Assembly: GCF_001194135.2 (NCBI RefSeq)
Contig: NC_068997.1
Location: forward strand, 27,365,108-27,406,151
Direction of reading: 5' to 3'
Source of the DNA: Octopus bimaculoides
Lineage: Eukaryota
Length of the DNA: 41,044 nt
Under the pieces are notes generated by a model. That model made no database searches, was not told the DNA's origin, and saw only the letters and a program-made list of their open reading frames with translations. The translations under genes were made by a program, and so were the position numbers. Below are positions 34,336-41,044 of the stretch, in pieces (within the stretch, counting starts at the first letter, position 1; the number at the start of each line of letters is the position of its first letter).

Positions 34336-34806
34336 CGTGTGTGTACGTGTGTCTATATATGTTTATATGAAGAAATGTATGACTGCTGATACATCGTCTT
34401 ACTGAGTCATCCGTCATCGTGCCGTCTGCCGATACAGGGGAGGTATTAGTTTTCACAGTTGAGGGCAGGGCTAATTTTAATATATTATCAGGATCATTAC
34501 ATTACCGTGTGTGTGTGTGTGTGTATCTGTGTGTGTCTCTATGTGTGTGTATGTGTGATTTTTACCATATTGAGACATCATGTCTTCTATGCGTCTTTTG
34601 CAGACAGCCGATCTGTTAACTCCTATAATTAAATACAGACATCCTTATTTGTTCATAGTGTTTAGAATAATACTTCACCCATTGAACATATAAAACTGTA
34701 GTGAGAAGGAAAGTCATCACCATTAATCTAGTGTTCGTATCATAACTCTGGCATTTCGTTGGGTCAGTCGTGAGAGCTCTAAAACATTGACAATATACTA
34801 TCGTGC

Positions 34807-34937
34807 CCCCGAGGTCGAGTTTGCCTTTCATCCTTTCGGGGTCGATGAATTAAGTACCAGTTGCGTACTGGAGTCAATCTAATCAACTGGCCCCCTCACC
34901 AGAAATTTCAGGCCTTGTGTCTAGAGTAGAAAAGAAT
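34807..34937 (+). mobile_element. SINE family A copy
   Basis: ccgaggtcgagtttgcctttcatcctttcggggtcgatgaattaagtaccagttgcgtactgg..aaatttcaggccttgtg. Confidence 0.88.
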
Positions 34938-34944
34938 ATGCTAT

Positions 34945-35382
34945 CGTGCCTGTGTGATACTAAGCTTGCTTACCAACCACATGGTTCCAGGTTCAGTCCC
35001 ACAGTCGGGCACCTTGGGCAAATATCTTCTACGATAGTCATGGGCTGACCAAAGCCTTGTGAGTGGATTTGGTAAACAGAAACTAAAAGACACCCGTCGT
35101 ATATATATATGTGAGTGTGTGTGTGTGCCTGTGTGTGTGTCTGTGTGTGTCTGTATGTGTGTGTGTATATATCTTTGTGTCTGTCTTTGTGCCCCCACCA
35201 CAGCTTGACAACCGGTGTTGGTGTGTTTACGTCCACGTAACCAAGCAGTTTGGCAAAAGAAACCGATAGAATAAGTACTAGGCTTAAGACGTAAGTCCTG
35301 TGGTCGATTTGTTCGACTAAAACCCTATGAGGCGGTGCCCCAGCATAGCCGCAGTCAAATGACTGAAACAAATAAAAGATAA
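34945..35382 (+). mobile_element. SINE family B, near-complete copy (tRNA-like head, internal TA/TG microsatellite, 3' module)
   Basis: Head with B-box-like ggttcagtccc and gggcaccttgggcaa..ctgaccaaagccttgtgagtggatttggta; after the microsatellite gacaaccggtgttggtgtgtttacgtc..gatagaataagtactaggctt..cagtcaaatgactgaaac. Homologous pieces at 2565-2795, 3140-3270, 15010-15212, 2095-2170 (-), 25866-25922 (-) and 29150-29260 (-). Confidence 0.85.
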
Positions 35383-35397
35383 AGGTGAGGGATACTA

Positions 35398-35562
35398 AGG
35401 CGGTAAGCTGTCACGTTTTGCTCTGAGTTCAAATCCTGCCGAGGTCGACTTAGCCTTTCATCCTTCCGGAGTCATTGAAATAAGTGGCAGTTGAGTACTG
35501 GGGTCAGTGTACTTAACTTACCCCATCACTGAAATAGCTGGCCTTGTGCCAAAATTTGAAAC
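35398..35562 (+). mobile_element. SINE family A copy
   Basis: ctgagttcaaatcctgccgaggtcgacttagcctttcatccttccgg..gagtactggggtc..ctggccttgtgccaaaatttgaaac. Confidence 0.85.
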
Positions 35563-35606
35563 TAATATACTATTATATGTGTGTCTGTGTGTGGGTCTAA
35601 AATAAT

Positions 35607-35674
<68 letters not shown>

Positions 35675-36462
35675 AGTGTGTGTGTGTGCATATATTTATG
35701 CGCACATATATGTACTTATATAGTTTTTGTCTATGTGAAAATTCATTTATCTGGTTTTCGTGAACAATGATAAACGATTGGATATACCTTATATACATTA
35801 TATACGTAGGTGCAGTGCTGTGCATGAGTGCATGCATGCCTCGTGTTCACATTAACGCCATTCTGTTATAGTTGACCAATCACAAACGCTGGTCGTCGAA
35901 GCTGCTGTATTTACTCGTTCATTTCCTGTTCATTGTCCGCTTTATATTACATTACGTACATTGACGAATGACAACTAACAAACCAGCACCTATTATCACA
36001 GACCACCAAAAATGTTTCATTTCATTATTTTCATTGAAAAACAGACTTTAACATCGTATTTTATTGTTTCAATACTTTTCTTTTGTTTTTTATGTGGAGA
36101 GCATTATTTTTTTGTGTGTATTGCTGCTTCGTTTTTTTTTTCTTTCTTATTTCTGTGTCCCTTCATCTATTTCGGCCCCTCGACTCTTTCACTTTCTAAC
36201 TGTAATATGATGTATTTAAGATAGCACAGCTCTTATCCCTAACTGTAGTTCAACAAAACTCGCAGAACATTGGGAAAATAAATATACAAACAACGCAAGA
36301 TCAATCAGACTATATATGAGTTACTATAAAATCGATTCTCAATTCATCCTCTTTCACTCTGTACACACACATGAACAGGAGTCATGCATATGTATATATG
36401 TATATAATGTATATATAATACATGCATATATACATAAATACACCCTCTCATATATATGTATG

Positions 36463-36497
<35 letters not shown>

Positions 36498-37650
36498 TCA
36501 CATACACGCACACACACACACACNNNNNNNNNNNNNNNNNNNNNNNNNNNNNNNNNNNNNNNNNNNNNNNNNNNNNNNNNNNNNNNNNNNNNNNNNNNNN
36601 NNNNNNNNNNNNNNNNNNNNNNNNNNNNNNNNNNNNNNNNNNNNNNNNNNNNNNNNNNNNNNNNNNNNNNNNNNNNNNNNNNNNNNNNNNNNNNNNNNNN
36701 NNNNNNNNNNNNNNNNNNNNNNNNNNNNNNNNNNNNNNNNNNNNNNNNNNNNNNNNNNNNNNNNNNNNNNNNNNNNNNNNNNNNNNNNNNNNNNNNNNNN
36801 NNNNNNNNNNNNNNNNNNNNNNNNNNNNNNNNNNNNNNNNNNNNNNNNNNNNNNNNNNNNNNNNNNNNNNNNNNNNNNNNNNNNNNNNNNNNNNNNNNNN
36901 NNNNNNNNNNNNNNNNNNNNNNNNNNNNNNNNNNNNNNNNNAGGCTATAGTTTAATGCAAGCTAGACCGAAGTTATCTCCCTTGCATTACACTATAGCCT
37001 TACAAATGGTTTTTTTTTTTTAAATTTTTATTTTACTGATATGACGACGGCAGCAGTGTTTGATATATATATTTTTAAACTCCAGGTAATTGTTGATAAT
37101 TGGTCGTCTAGTCATATTTCTCCATATATAGAATATGTAAAAACACAAAAAACAAAAAAACAAAAAAACAAACAAAACATTTATATCTAGAAAACCATTT
37201 GTATCATACATTTTAGAAAGGTGTTTGATTTGATTGCTATTTTTGGCATTTCGATGACCGTTTTATGGCCTCTTCAGTAAAATATAGCTGTGATCAGTGT
37301 AAAGGATTACATCCACCCACATATTGTAACTTTGTACACACGCACATATATGCAAACACACATCATAAATACAAACACATACATCATACAAACAAACATA
37401 CATACATACATACTCTCATTAATGTATACATACAAGCACATACATATACATACATACATACATATATACGTATCTATACAAACACACATGTACATACATA
37501 CATACATGTATGCATAAACACATAGACAAACACAGTTATACATTCACACACACATACATATATGCATACACATACGTGCATACATACAAATACACATATA
37601 CATACGTGCATAGGCACACATGTATACACACTCATATTTACACACGCACT

Positions 37651-37717
<67 letters not shown>

Positions 37718-38721
37718 GTTGACTATCGACTTGTGGAAAATGACCACATTTAGCAGTCCCAACATTTACTGTCTTATCGTAGGTCCTCCCCTCCACAAGG
37801 ACGAAGGCATACACTGGTATAGGAAACCCAACACTTCAGCTTCCAGACAAAAGCGACGTTTCAATGGAGAATGATGCTCCACAATCGAAAAAGAATCGCG
37901 TTTGTTACTACTTGTACTAGACCTTTCGGTGTGCCTTCACACGTGAGAAAAGAACGGGTGTGGTGGTACTCCATTGTCACAGACTCGTATGATGCACCGA
38001 ATTCTGCAATAAAAATGTTCACCGTCCCTTTGTAGATCCAAGACGCTGGAAACAATAAATAGGTTACCCAAAATGAATCCACGCATTTAACTTTATAGTG
38101 ATAAAAGCCTGTGGAATAGGAACCGAAAACAATACAGATTCGAGACGTGGATGTATGCGTGACTGGAAGGTGAAATCCGTATAAGCTAGAGTAAGTCCGT
38201 GGTGAGTGACCTTGCATTCTGTTGATACACAGATATGCTGTCCTGGACTCTACCTTGGTGTCTTTGTTCTTAAAATATCTTCATTATTCGAAAGTAAAGT
38301 CAGTGTCACAGTAACGTTGCGTATCTGAGAGTTCCGTATCGCGGAACCGTTTTTTCACTGAACTTCTATGCGACATACGAGTCAATAGCAAACACGGTTG
38401 GCGATAAGGTATCTCAGATTACGGCAAAAATTTGAAAGATGCAACGCCTCTATAACACGGAACACACATACACACGCGCGCGCGCGCGTGCATGTGTGTG
38501 TGTGTGTTCGTGTGTGCGTGTGTGTGTGTGAGAGAGAGAGAGTGTGTATGTATGTGAGAGTGTGTGTGTGTGTGTGTATGTGGGTGCGCGTGCGCACATG
38601 TGTTTGTGCGTATGTGTTTTTAATTTCCTGTTTTTTATGAAATAAAAAATGTTATTCAGCTTAAATATGGAAGACATTATCCTTAAACCACTATTGAAGT
38701 ATACATACATACATACCTGCA

Positions 38722-38753
<32 letters not shown>

Positions 38754-39242
38754 NNNNNNNNNNNNNNNNNNNNNNNNNNNNNNNNNNNNNNNNNNNNNNN
38801 NNNNNNNNNNNNNNNNNNNNNNNNNNNNNNNNNNNNNNNNNNNNNNNNNNNNNNNNNNNNNNNNNNNNNNNNNNNNNNNNNNNNNNNNNNNNNNNNNNNN
38901 NNNNNNNNNNNNNNNNNNNNNNNNNNNNNNNNNNNNNNNNNNNNNNNNNNNNNNNNNNNNNNNNNNNNNNNNNNNNNNNNNNNNNNNNNNNNNNNNNNNN
39001 NNNNNNNNNNNNNNNNNNNNNNNNNNNNNNNNNNNNNNNNNNNNNNNNNNNNNNNNNNNNNNNNNNNNNNNNNNNNNNNNNNNNNNNNNNNNNNNNNNNN
39101 NNNNNNNNNNNACACTCATAATGTATGAGCATATAACAAAAAGTAGGCTTTAAATTTTCATGCTGATTCATCCAAATTCAAAAGTGCAAGAATGTTTAAA
39201 ATGTGCTAATATGTATGAACGTCGTCGAATATAAGTAGCCAT

Positions 39243-39287
<45 letters not shown>

Positions 39288-39810
39288 ATAGAAAAATCCA
39301 CCAAAGAAACCCAACAAAAGAGAAAAATATCATTCTCTAAAAATAAAGTTTAAAACAGACAGAAATTAAAAAGCCAAAAAACGGAGCGAAATCTAAAACA
39401 GTGTTTATTTTTCAGCAGACGATAAATGCATCGTCTTAAATGAAATATAAAAGAACATTTGGTATTATTCAACATTAGTGAAGACAAATGATATTTATAT
39501 TACAAAGTTGTAACTATTGTGTGAAGGGACAGTGAATTGGACAATAATACTTCGTAGAATGTCGTTGTGGTTGTTATGTGTTCAAATCCAGCAGAGATCA
39601 ATCTTTACCTTTCATCCTCCCGGGGCTAGAGATCTTATCATTAGGTTATACAGTGAGAGGGTGGTCGTGTGCAGAGTTCTTTAAAGCGTTAAATGTACAA
39701 ATCCGGCCAAGGTCAGCTTACTCGTGGTTGAGGAACGCACATCTTAACCATTCAGCTATATTTCACCAATGAGAAATTATTGTTAGGTTATATAATGTAT
39801 ATTGGAGATG

Positions 39811-40024
39811 TAAGACGGTGAACTGTCACAATCGGTAGAGCGCTGGGTAAAGTGTTTAGCGGCATTTCGTCCATCTTCAGGCAGAGTTCAAATTCCGAGG
39901 TTGAGTCTGACTTTCATTATTTCGGGATCGACAAAATAAGTACCAGTTGAATAGTAGCGTCGATGTAATTGACTTGACTCCAACCCCACGAAATTGGTGG
40001 CCTTGTGCCAAACATCTGACACCA
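39811..40024 (+). mobile_element. SINE family A copy, near full length
   Basis: gacggtgaactg..agcggcatttcgtcc..gagttcaaattccgagg..aaataagtaccagtt..ggccttgtgccaaa. Confidence 0.8.
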
Positions 40025-40150
40025 ATATGTATTTGAGATGAACTTGCCTGGCAAGCGATTTGATCTGAGACCATCTGTTGAAGCAAAATAGAATTACAGC
40101 ATGGAAGATATATATTTGCCTTTCAAAACCACACAAAAATCTGTTTATTT

Positions 40151-40360
40151 CACATAGAGGTCAAGCCTGTGGTAGTTGAGACCTCCGGCGTTCTTGGCCC
40201 CGGACCATATCCCTGTTCACCGTTATCAGGGCGGAGATTCTTATCTGCAAGTGCAAACCCTGTGAGTCGGAATGACTGTACCAATGCATCTCCCTCGCTA
40301 TCCTCCGAAGCAACGCCTTTTCCATTTTGTCTGTTGGTGCCATGAAAAATGTTTCCATAA
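40151..40360 (+). mobile_element. CRE-like RLE non-LTR retrotransposon C-terminal relic
   Basis: HIEVKPVVVETSGVLG/(frameshift)RTISLF...CESE*LYQCISLAILRSNAFSILS resembles the P...ET.G..G...L.Q.IS.AI.RGNA..I motif of CRE-type endonuclease tails. Confidence 0.65.
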
Positions 40361-40569
40361 TGTGAGAGGCAAGATTCTCCGTTAATCCTTATATTTGCAC
40401 TTAAACCACCCTTTTATTACCGTCGTAAGAGTACTTTCTTACCTATGATGGTATGATCATAAACCTAACACAATTTTAAATGTCAACGCGTTCATCACTT
40501 CAACTACGACCTGGTCGCTGACACTGCTCCACCATGTTACACGTTAAGTAAATATGATTTTAAGTTTTG

Positions 40570-40755
40570 GTGCAAGGCCAATAATTTCGGGAAGGGTGTA
40601 AACACAATTATATGGACCCCAGTGTTCAACTGGGATTGCTTTTATCGATCCTGAAAGGCAGAGTCGGTTTCGGCGGAATTTGAACTCAATGTAAAGATGG
40701 CATAAGCGCCGCTATGCATTTTGCCTGGGGCACTAACGAATCTACCAGCTCACTA
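40570..40755 (-). mobile_element. SINE family A copy
   Basis: gtgcaaggcc..gaccccagtgttcaactgg..ggcggaatttgaactc..ctaacgaatctaccagctcac. Confidence 0.75.
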
Positions 40756-41044
40756 CCATATGTAATGTTTTCATATCAGGTTATATTGAGAGAAATGGTG
40801 TTTGTTTTGTCAATGTTTTATATTTTTAGATTGGCCATGGCACTTCTTCATGGTTTTTTTTACATTTATAGTACGGAAGTGGAAAATAATAGCTTGAATT
40901 TATAATTGTTTATTATAGTTTCTTTGTATGTAAGCGTACACGTACGTCTATACATGTGTGTTTGTGAGGATGCTACTGTGTGTGAGTGTGTGTGTTTCTG
41001 TATAAATATATACATATGTACGTACATATATGCATGTATATATA

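Noticed and set aside
34438-34619. Terminal exon candidate GEVLVFTVEGRANFNILSGS..
   Set aside because: The acceptor lacks a pyrimidine tract and the frame runs into a (GT)n microsatellite.

Overview
AT-rich animal genomic DNA from a gapped draft assembly with very high microsatellite density; most N-gaps are flanked by microsatellites. The repeat landscape suggests an octopus or other cephalopod (inference). The main feature is a + strand, multi-exon contactin-like cell-adhesion gene that the ORF track largely misses. I reconstructed 15 coding exons (1625-28454, 2,494 nt) with GT-AG boundaries. They encode the C-terminal part of Ig2, Ig3-Ig6 and FN3-1 to FN3-4. Exon phases are compatible at every junction except one, where the first half of FN3-3 is missing (probably inside an N-gap). 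The N-terminal exons lie upstream of the window, and I could not identify the terminal GPI/TM exon. Introns and flanks hold decayed mobile elements: R4/Dong-like LINE pieces next to (AAT)n tracts, Penelope-like RT and GIY-YIG pieces, an L2/CR1-group tail, a CRE-like endonuclease relic, a probable Helitron, and many copies of three SINE families. There are also several local tandem repeats. No prokaryotic features, rRNA, true tRNA or CRISPR array were found, and nearly all ORF-track entries are microsatellite or gap artefacts. I found no clear-cut novel system. The most interesting open questions are how this contactin-like protein ends, whether the FN3-3 exon is really absent, and whether inverted SINE pairs form editing substrates.
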